NCBI GenBank assembly: GCA_012295275.1
Contig: CM022670.1
Coordinates: 1,612,001 to 1,676,000, forward strand
Reading direction: 5' to 3'
Origin: Chrysomallon squamiferum
Lineage: Eukaryota > Animalia > Mollusca
DNA: 64,000 bases
The notes beneath the pieces were generated by a model. It did not search any database. It was given only the letters and a program-made list of their open reading frames with translations, and was not told the DNA's origin. Each line of letters starts with the position of its first letter. The first letter of the stretch is position 1. Of the stretch, positions 37,028-50,549 are shown in pieces. The position numbers and the translations under genes are program-made.

Positions 37028-38587
37028 TGAAGAGTACACTTAGCTGATTGTTATTCTAAATTACTTAAACAGTTTTGACGATTGCTTAACTGTGGTTGAA
37101 CATCCCTAGGAAGATCATTGTCACTATTATTACTTAAAATTTCTTCTACAAATTCCGCTGATCAAGTCACCTTTGGTTCATTTTAGGGGAAATGGCTCCA
37201 GAGAAGTTTTCATTGTTCTGTCACGCTCACCATGACAAGCATGCTTATCATTGTACAGGATGATGTCATTTTTAATTAACATTGTCATTGCAGTTTATAT
37301 TATTATATTTTAATTTATAAAAAAAAATAACTTCCACATATTTTCATCAGTATTATTTAATTTGTACAATCTGTCCCCTGTAGAATTTTTTTTTTTTAAT
37401 ATTTATAACAAAACAGTGTGTATTTTGAAAGAACTGAAATTTTTTTGAAGTGTTAAATTAATTTCACTAGAGCTGTGTTCTAATCTTAAATATGGATTGA
37501 AAGAATTAATTGGTCATCTATAACTTACAACACAGAGACATACCTTTAACAAGTAATTAAGTTACATTTTTGTGAAAATGAGCTGCATCAATCTTCTTGA
37601 CATTATCTACTGAAATAGCAAGCACAAGTTTTTGTATATATTGATGTAGTCTCATAACATACATTCAAAACTTTTCATTATCTCAAAAGATTATATGATT
37701 TGAAACTATTTCTTGTGTGCATGTCAGCTTATATGACACCATGTAACCATCAGTTAAAAGTATTTTGAGTAGTTCATAAAAATTAAATAATTCTTCCTTT
37801 CTATTTGAATTCTCTGAACAAAACGGTATAAAAGAATGCCAGGAATTTGAGTTCACATGGTTAATGAAATGGCAGAGGTGAATTATTTCCTAGTTAAGGC
37901 TTTCTAATAAGATTAATTAAAATTATTTAATTAACTTTATTTAACATCTTTGCTAGTTGTATTCAGTATGTATTCACTTCTTGTTGAGATTAACGGTTTA
38001 TTAACATGGTAAAATTCTGATTGATTATAATGAAAGATTTTTTTTTTTTTTTTTGAACAACAGTTCATTAGAGATAAATTAGAGATTTATTAGAGATAAA
38101 TATTATTTCATGAGCTTCAAAAAATCTAATTAATAATAAATGTATCACATCATCTTTAATACTTATTTTCCTTCTTTAATGTTTTAATGATATATGGCCT
38201 TTTATAACTTTTGTTTTGAGAGATTTTTAAGTGTAGACAAATTACATGAATTTATTAAATTATAATTAATTCATATCATCTTCATTGTATTAATGATACC
38301 TATTCACTAGTTTTTATTCCTTTGCACCTATTTCTGTTTCTTTGTTCATGGTGAAATTTTTTCTTTTTTAAGTGACCATTAATTCCTCTTAACTTTAAGT
38401 CATTCCCCAAGTAGTTGTACCCAGGCATGCATACTCTGTAAATATGTATTCGTATATATACATATATTTTCTAACCAGTGCAATAGTAGCCTTTTCTTAA
38501 GAATTGTGTATACACATTCTAAGAACGATGTTGTTTGTTGTGTATGTGTATATGTGAATATATATATCTGTGTGTTTGTATATATAC

Positions 38588-38625
<38 letters not shown>

Positions 38626-38783
38626 ACAATATTAGAAAATAATGTTTATCACATTTTGTTGTTTTATCTATGTAACTTACAAAAGCGGATATTGCAGATT
38701 AAATTCGAAGGTGTCCTGATTTGTAAAATAAAAGTAAATGAAATCTTATTTATAATTTGGTGCTCATTGTACACAGTTGTTTA

Positions 38784-38814
<31 letters not shown>

Positions 38815-41800
38815 TTTTTTTTCTTTTATATCTAATTTTAATTTTATATATTAAAATCAACTGTGGAACACTATGGATGAATTCCTTACAAAAGGAGGAA
38901 GATTTTGCAATGATGCGTAACAGTATACAAGAAATCTTTTACGCAACAAATAATTTTTATCATTTGATTTAATATACCATCTGCTTTTCATTCATCTGTG
39001 TCCATTACAATTTAGTTTTTAAAATTCCAATTATTATTATTATTTATTAATTTTGTTTACATTTTTGTAGGTTTAAACAGCATGTTAATTGAGTATCTTT
39101 TATAATATACTGCTGAATACTGATTTCCCCCACCAAATATAATGATATCCAAATAAATTAATAAATTTAATTTATAAAGTATTTTTTCAATTTTCTTTGA
39201 ATCTTTTTAATATTCTTATCAGTACCTTTTACATTTTTGCATGCAATTTTATTTTATTGTGTACCAGTTTCTGTCAGTCTTCTGTTATATTTATTTTTCT
39301 CAGCTGATATTTGCCAAATAGTTTCACTTTTGTAAAATAATGATGATAATATTTTCAATGGGCAAAAACAAAATTCAAAATTACACAATAAAGGATTACT
39401 GGAAAGTAATAATTGGAAAAAACAAACACGAAAACCCACCAAAATCAAACACAACCATGCCTTTGGACAAAACAAATATAAATAAATAAATAAATAAAGA
39501 TAGTCCAAAACAGACTGAAAAACTGAGCATATTTTTTATACCTTGGATAAGTATAGCTAATAAAAAAAATGTTTTAAAAATAATGTTTTAATATTTTTGA
39601 TGGTAATGAACCAACCATATCTTGTGTTCTGTTTTTTAAATGTATTATTATTATTATTGGGTTGGGTTTTTTTGGGGGGGTTTTGTAAGACATCTCTTGT
39701 TTTATGTGCATTGATCTCAATTCTTGTGCCTTGCTGATTTCAAATTTTTTGGTTCTGATTATCAACTGAAGAACTGTACTGTTGCCTTGTTAGTTGTTCA
39801 TGGTGGTATTTTCTGTTGCAAAAGATGTTAAAAAAATTATGTTAGTTATTTTGTTTATTTCTATCTTCATTGTTAAGATTTGTAGTGTATATTTTGTTGT
39901 TGTTTTTAAGTTTTTCTCCTTTTGTTTTGCTTTCCAAAACAAACTGTTATTTTGTTACATCAGTTTAAAAAAAAGAAAAAAGTTGTTTTTGTATTATTAA
40001 TATATTTTATTATTTAATGTCACATTTAGTTTAGCTTTCTGTGAAAGTAGTATGTATCTGTTTTAAGTATATTTGAGCAAAGTTGATGGCTGTGTCTGTT
40101 TAGATTATTCTGTAACAAATAAAAAAAGGCATCATACAAAACACAAAAGCAGAATCACAGTTAAAGGTTTTTGCATTTGTAGACTGGACAGTGGACAAAC
40201 AGAAAAGAATATAAATAATGTTTAAGATGTTTAATATTTTTTGTAACATCTCTGGTTTCTATGCTTGTAAAATACATTATTTATTAATTTTCAAGACATT
40301 TGTTTTTTTAATGTTTTTTTTGTGGGTTTTTTGCATTTTATTTTTAGTGAACAAATATTAATAACAGTTAATAAAAAGACATTAAGATTTGGTTGTTAAA
40401 TATATAAACTTGTGTAATTTAATGGTCAAATATTAGAACTGGCTAAATTTTGTCTTTTTTTCTATTTACAGTAACATAATTATTTACAGATTAACTAACT
40501 AAAAAAATAAATCAGCAGTATTCTTCTTTTAACCTTATTTTAGTTTAATTAATTTTATTTCTCTTGAAAAGGCTGTTCTTTCTTAGAACAGAAACACATT
40601 AATACATGTTGTCATTTTAACATTTTAACGTTACATACCTTTTATTTTCTAATTCTTCACTTTAAATAGTGTAATGTTCAGAGTACTTTCTCTCTTCTGT
40701 ATATACACTGACACTGTACATTTCCATTTTCTTAAACTTGTTTTATAAAGTGCTTTATTAAACTTGTTTTGCATCTTATTTCTTTTTATCTGAATTTAAG
40801 TGTCTTCTGTTTTGGTACTGTATTTATATATTAGCCATATATATATATATATATAATTTTTATTTTGTTTATTTTGTTTTTTTTTTTATTTTTAGTGGTT
40901 ATTTTTTCACCTTGATTTGAATTTCAGTTTATTATTTAAGATTTTAATTTTCATGTCATCAAAATGTTGGCATTTTGCATTAATATTGCAAAATAAGACA
41001 TTTTATAATTTAAATATAAACCAACATGGTAAAGATTTATGGTATAATTTATAATTGCAGTGCCAAAATTTCAGACTCTTCAATTTTTATCTTTTCTTTT
41101 CTTTTTTTTTCACCTTTTCCTTGCATGCAAATTGTTTTTCTTTATTTGAAGTGTTCTATACTTAAAAAATATATATACATATATGTAAAATTAGATTAAT
41201 CTTCTCTATGTAAAATATTAAACAACATATTTGGAGGAATCTTTTCAATGTTCAAAACAGTATACATTATTAAGTTTGGAAAACTTGTGATCTTTTTTGT
41301 AAAATGTAAATTTTGGGGAATAAAATAATGTACCATTTACAAGTATTGTGTATTGTGAGTATATACACATGATTTTTCCCACCAAAACATTTAAAAATAA
41401 ATAACAATCATGAACATTTTGATTTTAAATAATTCAGACTTGTTAATTTTTACCTTGTTTTTCAAGAACTTCACAGATTAGATCTTGTTATTCACTGTTG
41501 TAATTTTTCATCTTATAGTGTATTATTATATTTTCATACAGTTTATAGCAAGAAAATTATTTCGAGTCATCACAGGTTATATGTATCCATCAAATTATTT
41601 ACCAAGCTAATTAATAATAATAAAAATAAGAAAGTATTTAGACTTTGTTATCTGTTTTAATCTGAAGAATAGATTGTAGTCAAATTGTAGAGCACTTGCA
41701 ATAGGCTTATGGTCCTGCATCAACAACAGTGGGTAGATTTATTTTCCTTGTTATTCTTCAAGGCTTGTGTATCATACATCCTTTCCTACCCTGATGAACA

Positions 41801-42589
41801 ATTTTAATGACACCAAATTGTTGCTAATGCTTGTTTTGTGACATGGCAGTAGTGATATTGAAGACTTGGTCATTAAAAAGAAATTATATTACACTCTCTC
41901 TCTCTTTTTAATATATCACAAAACATTTAAGATTTGTTCATGCAAAAGAGCTGTTGAATTTCTTAGGAAAACAACACCATAAGAAGTAACATTTTGTAAG
42001 TTTTATTTAAAAATATTAAATAAACAAAATAAATTATAAGCTAATTTTTTATTTTAAAAATAAAATAAAATAAAAATTCAAGGATAAAAATGATTATACA
42101 GAGATTTGTGTCAGTGTTTATTCATATTACCTAGTCCGTGGCACATCATGTAACTATTAGATTACGTTATTATTTTTCTATTTTTTTTTTTATTATTTAA
42201 ATTCGGATTTTAGCCTTTATATATATATACACACATTTATTATTACTGTTTATGTTATTCATAGCCATATAATGATATTTATTGGTCTGAAAAAAGAAAA
42301 AAAAAGTAAACAAATGCGTTTGTATTTCACTTCATTGAAGTTCATTTTAAATTATTTAATCAGTATTATGTAATCTAAATCAACGACAGCAAAAAAATAA
42401 TAATATTAGAAATTAAAAACAACAAACTAAAAAACTAAAAAACATCAAAAAATTAATATAATTTTTATGTTATATATATACCCGTACACTGAAAATGTAT
42501 TCGTAATATTTATGAAGTACGTTTTTTTTTTCACAGCTGTTTATTTGACCTATATAGTATATTAATGTGGGCTTGACATAAACTGATAG

Positions 42590-42730
42590 TGCTAAAAATG
42601 TCTGTCATCGTATCTAACGTTGGCTGAAAATCGGTGTTCCGATCGCAGACGCCCACCGTAAATTCACGAAAGCCATCCGGGCACCTGCATTTATCGATCG
42701 TCAGAAAAGCTCAAGGTAAGATGGCGAGTC
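42590..42730 (+). promoter_or_regulatory. CpG-rich promoter / non-coding first exon of an unidentified + strand gene
   Basis: Sharp CpG island; strong donor AAG|GTAAGA at 42715/42716; overlapping YY1 motif AAGATGGCG 42718-42726; short uORF MSVIVSNVG* from 42598. Confidence 0.6.
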
Positions 42731-45700
42731 TTTTGAATTTACTCATTGCCTAATTTTGGCTGATAATTATGTTGAAAATTATTCTTTTGATATCAGTGCA
42801 TTAATAACACTTAATGTTATTTTGTACACTGAATTGTTTCATTTTATAATTAACTTTTATAGCATATTTTTATCAAATAGGGGAAAAAATGTATTTTTTC
42901 TCTTGTTCTCACTATCGATTGTCAACATCACGTGCTGCCACCGGTTTTTATTCAGAAGCTTGTAGGCATCTAGCAGTTGAATTGTTGTTATTAGCCTTTC
43001 AGTAAATGACAGTTGTCTGTGTTCTGTAAGTGAATTTTAGAAGAAAATTAAAAACGTGTAGTGTAGTTTCCAAGACAATTTTCCTTTCATATTTTATTTT
43101 AAAAATAGTTTTTCCGCAAAATCCCATAATTTCAACAATAAAGTTACAAACATTTATATTTAACCATTAATGCGATTTTCATATATTTAAATATCTCTTT
43201 GAATTTCGTTCATTTATATTCATTTGGTAATTATTGTTTAACGACCCCCTAAAAAACCCAAAACAACAACAAAAAAAACTCCCAAATAAATAAATAAAAA
43301 AGAACAACAAAAAAACAAGGAAGAGTGAGATTTAAGAACACAAAATTGATTTGAATAGTGATGATATCAAATAAAACAACCATGATATTTGTGCACTTCT
43401 GATCATTCAAACATTTAAATGAAGCAGACAACAACAACAACAATAATAATAATAATAATAGTAGTACAAAATAATTATGTGTGTGTGTGTGTGTGTGTGT
43501 GTATAAACAAACACTGGAAGAAATCAACCCCTAAGTTGCCTAACTTTTTAGTTAATATGAAAATTGCACAAACTATTAAAGTGGTCTAGATGTTAAAAAA
43601 AACAACCCAAAACTAAAACAACCCATGTTTTGATATATATATATATGAAAGCTGTTTGTCTAATTTGAAACAAAAATCCTAATTGCTGAGTTATAATAAC
43701 AGGCATCTTTTTAGAAAACAACATTGCATAGAAATGTAATTTTTTATAAATTCAGTTGTAGTGTAGGATTTTTATCTTAAATTAAGAACCATATTTAATG
43801 AGGTGTATTAAATGTACATGGTTACATTCATTTTTCACCAGGTGTTATTTTTCACTAGCTAGTTAATTTTAAAACAACATTTAGAGTGAAACTTCTGTAA
43901 ACAATCTGACCAGAATCATTCCTTTGTGAATATTGTTTTCTATTTATCGTCTGTTGAATATCACTAAATATATAATTTATAAAGAAATAGTTTTGGCTTT
44001 CTTCATTTTTAAGTATATCTTATAGTTTGGCAAATCAGCATATATTTTAGGTTAAATGTATATAGCCTTAAGATGATTTACAGGATCACTGTTGTCAGAG
44101 TTCAGTTGGTGAAAAATGGATTCCAGATAATTAGCTATATGTAAATGACATTAAAGATAATGCCAAATGCAGGTTTGGATTTGTGACCACTATACAGTAT
44201 ACAGGAACTGAGGAAATATCAATAATTAATTAGTTACTGCTTGAGTTGTTTAGTTTTCCTTGATAGATTTTTTTTACTTATTTTTTTTTATTTGTTTATT
44301 TTCAAATAGTATCCTTGCATATACTAGCAGATATGTGTAATGTGATTATATATCAGTATTTGAATTTTAAATATGGTATATAAAATAAATAAAAATAATA
44401 GTAAACTGAATAGTAACCCAGTAAATTGTTTTTTTGACATATGTACATATATATAATAATAATAATAATAATAATATTAATAATGAATACAATAATGAAT
44501 ACATTCATATTACTGCACAAGAATTGTTGTTGATGTCCAGAGGTGGCATTTTACAAGTGTTTCTGACACAACATGATCCTAGCTGCATACAAATGAAAAT
44601 TTCACAGTTGGTTAAAATAACTGTGATTCACAATCATTAAAGATGTGTCACTTCATGCCATTATTTTGGAATTCCATTAACATCTAGTCTGGAATAGAAA
44701 TTAACTGGATAATATATCACTAGTAAGTAGTCTTGAAACAATAAGAATATTTTCAAACCATTTTTGTGCTTGAAATTACTTGTTACAAATAGTTGGTGGT
44801 ATTATTTTATTTTATTTTATATATATATATATGATTTTTAACCCCAAAACCTAAGCCAGTTAAAGTGCGTACAATTAACATGAGTGTCATTGGCACTATC
44901 AAAAGCTAACAATTCATCTTCCAAAACCGTTACTGATTGAAATCTAGTTAGTCTGTTTGACTTTTACACTGAAGGGACTGTTTGCCTGGTTATGTAAAGC
45001 TGTTGGTAAAAAAAAAAAAAAAAAAAAAAAAGGTAAAAAAAGAACAAAGTTATTAGCTTCATAAGTGTGGATGTTTGGCACCTGTGCAACTTCATTAGCT
45101 AATACCAGTGAATGATTGACAGATGCCTTCATTATTAAAAGATGATTACTTAATAAGAGTAAAAAACACTCTGACATCTGCTGAAGTTTATCCAGAAACA
45201 CTGTAAACATAGTGTGATGAAACAATTATGGTAAATTCTAATAATAATAATATCATAAATTAAAAATGATAAATAAACTGTAAAATTGTTTAGTTAATTT
45301 GGAAAACATATTATACATGCCCTGCTACTCTAATAAATTTAGCATTTATTTAAATTATTATCTTATGCCTAAATATATAAATAGATTTTTAAAATTTTCT
45401 TTACAAGTTTTAAATCCTTTATGAGGAATAACTAATTCTCTAATAGTTTATCACATATTGCATTTTCATTTAAAAAATTGCAATGAAAAAGAAAATAATG
45501 ATTTTATTAAAATATTTTCTTTTTTAATTTTTATTAAACTAGTAGCACTATACTCATTTTCTTTTAAAACAGTATTTATTTATTTATTTTTTTAAATAAT
45601 TGTTGTTTCATAATTTGATTTCAGTGTTATTTAATACAAATGTTTCTCCTTTCTTCAGTTTAACTTATTTCTGAAAACATTTTGTTTATTCTTTTATCCC

Positions 45701-46093
45701 AGTAGAATAACTGCATTTAATTAACAGTTTGTACATATTCAAAAAAGATGCCAAAATATTAAAAAAATTCACCAGAATAATGTAGTTAATATAGAATTAG
45801 AAATTAATTAAACTGTTTATCATCATTATCATTATTATTATTATTTAATTATTTTTCTTTAATTTACAGTATAAATAGAATTTTGATAGAGTGCTTATTA
45901 TATTACAGTTTTCATTATAAATTGTTTCAAATTATATAGTCATAGTATATTAAATATTATTATAATTGATTTTTATATTGATACTAAATTTGTTCATTGT
46001 GCAGTTTAAAAATCTACAATCAAGTTTAATTAATTAATAATTGTCTGTATCATTTCCAGATGGTCCATTAAATTAAAAATAGTTGTATAGAAA

Positions 46094-46096
<3 letters not shown>

Positions 46097-46148
<52 letters not shown>
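46097..46148. repeat. (CA)n microsatellite
   Basis: Direct reading; similar tracts at 6386-6426, 12987-13018, 50502-50546. Confidence 0.95.
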
Positions 46149-46153
<5 letters not shown>

Positions 46154-47457
46154 AATATTGTTACCACAGTTTTCTCATTTTAATTATTATTATTGTAAGT
46201 CAGTATTTCACAAAGATATAAATTAAATGCATTAATGAGAAAGTGATTATGACTTTTTAAATGCTTGTTTATTGCAATAATATGATGTCAGATGCCTAAA
46301 ACAAAGCAGTATTGTTATTGAATTGACCAAAGAAAAGCCCAAGTCAGAAAATTTTACATAAATGTCAAATATTTATTTTATTTATTTTTATATGCAAAAT
46401 AAACAATGAGTATGGTTATTGTGGTTTTTTTATTTTTATTAAATATTTAAATAATCAGTTTATTGTAAAGCAGTAAGCAAATAAGTGCAGTTTACTGAAT
46501 TATTTATTTGTTTATTTGTATCTTATTATTATGTTATTTTAACAATAAAAATTATTAAAGGCAGTTATTATATCAACACTAAAAACATGGCAGTAAACAA
46601 AAATGGATTTTTTTAAATGGTGTATTGGTTTCATAGTTTCTTCTTATTTTTTTTTGCCATGTCACAGATGGGCCTGTTTGTGAAAATAATATAAGAGTAT
46701 ATTGAATAACAATGTCATATTGAACTAGTCCTTTTAAAATGTTAATGTACGAGTTTTTGTTTAAAATTTAGAAGAACTGATTAGGTTATATGCCAGAAAA
46801 TGCAACTTCAAGAGTCATTCCATTTTATAAGCATTGAATAAGTTTATTACTTTTTCCACTGTTGATATTTATATTTCTTTTAGGTTTAAATTTTCCATCA
46901 TTAGTTTATGCTTTTACCTATATTTAGCTTCTTACAGTTATACATATATATGTTAGCTGATATTGCTGCTGTTTGAAATGTATGAATTCAACACATTTGT
47001 TTCAATTTGAAAAAATATCGAAGGCTAATCTAAGCATTTTTTATTAAGTTTTTTTTGTTTCATTTAAAGGTTTCATTTATTTTTTTTTTATTTATTTTGT
47101 TTTTTTGTTTAATGATGAAAAATAAATAAATAAATCTTATGCTAGTCACAGCAAAAAAGAAATCTTTTGTTAAAATCCAAAATGGTAATAAATTAGTCAA
47201 GTTCATTAACACCATTTATTAATTATAAAGAGTGTACATTTTGATGCTTCCAAGTGTGAACTCACCTTATGTTGCAACATCTTGATATTCTTGGAGTGAA
47301 AGCTGTGAATATTTGTTCTCAGAATCCTTCTAATTTCACTGTTGTATATAACTGGTTCTTTAGATAACACAAGCACAAGTTTCAAATAAGATACTTCATT
47401 GTAACTGAAGGAAAAGCACATTTGTTTTAATTAGTTTTGATACCATTGGTCTTTCAG

Positions 47458-47488
47458 AAAGGCTATGAGACAAGACGGACATTCCCAG
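47458..47488 (+). CDS. Candidate 31-nt exon carrying a start codon (MRQDGHSQ)
   Basis: ggtctttcag|aaaggct ATG AGA CAA GAC GGA CAT TCC CAG|gtattg; splice signals only, no homology. Confidence 0.35.
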
Positions 47489-50400
47489 GTATTGTTTTGC
47501 TGTTTATATGTGTGTGTGTGTGTTGTATTTATTCACTAGTGCCACAATGTTTCTGTCTTGTTTTATTTCTCTTCTGTTTTTCAGTGACTGTTGGTGAAAA
47601 ACTGAACTGTTATTTGATTTAGTTTGGCAAGAAATTGATCTTTGCTTCAATAAATGTTTTTGTTGTTTTGGTTTCCTGAAGTCATTAACTGACATTTGAA
47701 GTATCTTCAGATAGAGATATGTATTGTAACTGTTACTTTGCTTACTAGTTTTCTTTATTATTATTATTTTTTTAAATCTCCACATACATGTTCAGTTACT
47801 GTAGAATTTAGTATTAATCACTATTTACTTTTTAAAAAATGTCAACTCATTTTTTATTCATGCATAATGAATTAAAACTTGCACTCTTTTGCAAAAAAAA
47901 AAATCTCTTTTAAACAAATGTGTAGCATAAACAGGTACTTAGTTATTGTGCTATTTTATTTTATTTTATTTCTGGTGTGCAAACATAAAATATGTAAATA
48001 GTAACAGAGAAAAAAAAACCCACTAAAATTAGACAAATGTATATATATATATATATATATATATATTTAATTAATGACTGAATTTTATTCTTAAATATGT
48101 AATTAAATTGTGATTAATTATATGGTTGTTCTTACTAAATACTTGTTACGGAGAACTGATTACATGCAGTGTTAATGTTACAGAAAGCTTTGAGAAATTG
48201 TTTTTTTTTTCGGTGCATTACCATTTTTTTTTTTTTTATATATATATATTTAAGAAGATATATTTCTTTTAATTTCTTGTTTAATCAATTAATGTTTCAC
48301 ATAATCATAATGCAAACAATTAAAAAGATTTAACATTTATTTTTTTCATTCAAGATCTATTTTGGGATTACAGACGAAGAAAACAGTTATAAAGTATTTT
48401 GCATATAATTTCTATTTCCAGTTTATTTCAAACATACATTTTGCCATATGCAAAGCAAAAGAAAGGGAGAAAAAGAGAACAATTTAAAAAAAAAAAAAAA
48501 AAAAGCTTCGAGTTTTATTAATTTCAATTTATTTCAATGATTAAATAATTACATACCAAAGATAGATCACTGTTTGGTTATGATCTGATTTACTGATAAC
48601 ACTGAAATTTGCTTTAGGGCTTTCTACAGTGTATGTTGTTCATGCATGGGTGATCCATTCTTTAACATAAAATTTAAATATGCCTCTCTATCACTATTTC
48701 TAAGGTTTTCTAACATTGTGTAGCTGCACTCCATGTTGTTTGTATATGAATATTTATTTTAAAAGATTGTTCTTTTGAATGAAAGTTTCCCATTTACTAG
48801 CTGTCAAAATATAATCCACCATATAGACTAAAGAAAACTATATAAGTTAGTATTTGTATAATGTATTTTAAAAAGAAAAATTGAAAAAATATTTAGAAGA
48901 TTTCATTTTCAGCATGCCATTTGTTACTCAAGAATGATCCATGAGAAGCATGATGAATTACATTTTTGATTTTTGGCAGTGATTTAAAAAATAAGTATTT
49001 TGAATTAAATTAAAATTATATTGCTATTTTGGGTTTTGGACTCGAAGCAAAATTGTTAATGTTTCTTTTTTAAATTTCTTAATAATTTTAGTAAATCACT
49101 TTAAGTAAAATATTTTTTTAAAGTTATGCCAGAATTTTCAGTATCAAGAAGATAATGTTAACTAGAATTTTCCATATTTTAGTTCTAATAAAGATAATGA
49201 ACCCTTTATTAGTAGAGTGCTTGTTACAGTATCCAGTTAGTTAACAGTATATATATATATAATTTTTGGTTGTTGTTGTTAGATGTATTGCAATATTTAC
49301 TTGATTTATGCAGGATTTGGTGAATTTTACATTTCTTTTACTGCATCAGCTATAAAAAAAATATATACTGCTATAAACACGAAAGAAATCGTTTAAAACA
49401 AAACAAAAAATCCTTTCTTTAAAGATTTCTTTGCTTTGCAAAAATATATTTTGTGATTGATGATATTATTTTGTAAGGGTCTGTCTTTAAATGCTTTAGA
49501 TTTATAACCTGATTTTCTTCATTTGCACTAGGCCATAAATTTCATCAAAGTATTGCAGAGTTTTTGTTACTGTCAGATTCCGTTTAATGAAATCTTTTTT
49601 TTTTTTTTCTTTTTTTTTTTCAATCTTCCAATAGATTGTCACAGAGAAAACTAAACATCTTTATTTTCGTTTTTCTGCCAGCCCTCATAAGCATTGTTAA
49701 AATTGACAATAAAACTGGAGCTGGAACTTTCTTGTAGGAAATATAGTTTGTCATTTAAGGTACCAGATTTAATTGAACATAATAAAAAAAAGTATCTACA
49801 TTTTTATTTTTTATTTATAAAACTATTTATATCTGACTTAATAAAAATTAACCAGATGATTTGTATATTAAATGGAATACATATTTACAATTAATAGTGT
49901 GTAATAATTTTACTGTTTAATTAATATTAAATGAACAGTTCTCTGAATGAAAAATGAACTTTATACATTATGCATGTTCATTTTCTGTATAACTGAAGTA
50001 GTTATTGCCCACATATTTTCAGAATCTTCATTTAACAGAACATGTTTCAGTTTACACTATAAGAATCCTCTGTAGCCTTTCTCTAATTCCTTTACTTCTT
50101 TTATGTGTCTCTTACAGACATACATATTTTATAACATCACTGTTCCATACCACTGAGAGGACAAATACACTTACTGGTTTGAAGAAGCTCTGTGTGTTCT
50201 ATAGACATTACAGGCACTAATATTAAAACCATTGCCAGTACAGAAAACAGCTTCATATTAAAAAAAATTTAAAATTGGAATGAAAATAATTGAAGCTTCA
50301 CTGCAGTATTATATGATGAATGCATGTTTTCTTTTCTGCATGCTATTTCCAGCATAGGTTATTAATATAACAATAATTATTTTAAAATCATTGTTCATTC

Positions 50401-50499
50401 AAATGGAAGAAAATAAAAAAAAATAAAAGATAATGAAAAAATAGTAATAAACATTCACAAGGGAACAAAAAATGCAAAAGGTGCACTATACTGTAATTA

Positions 50500-50549
<50 letters not shown>

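Noticed and set aside
44309-44316. Second GTATCCTT U12-like donor
   Set aside because: No exon upstream and no matching branch site or exon identified
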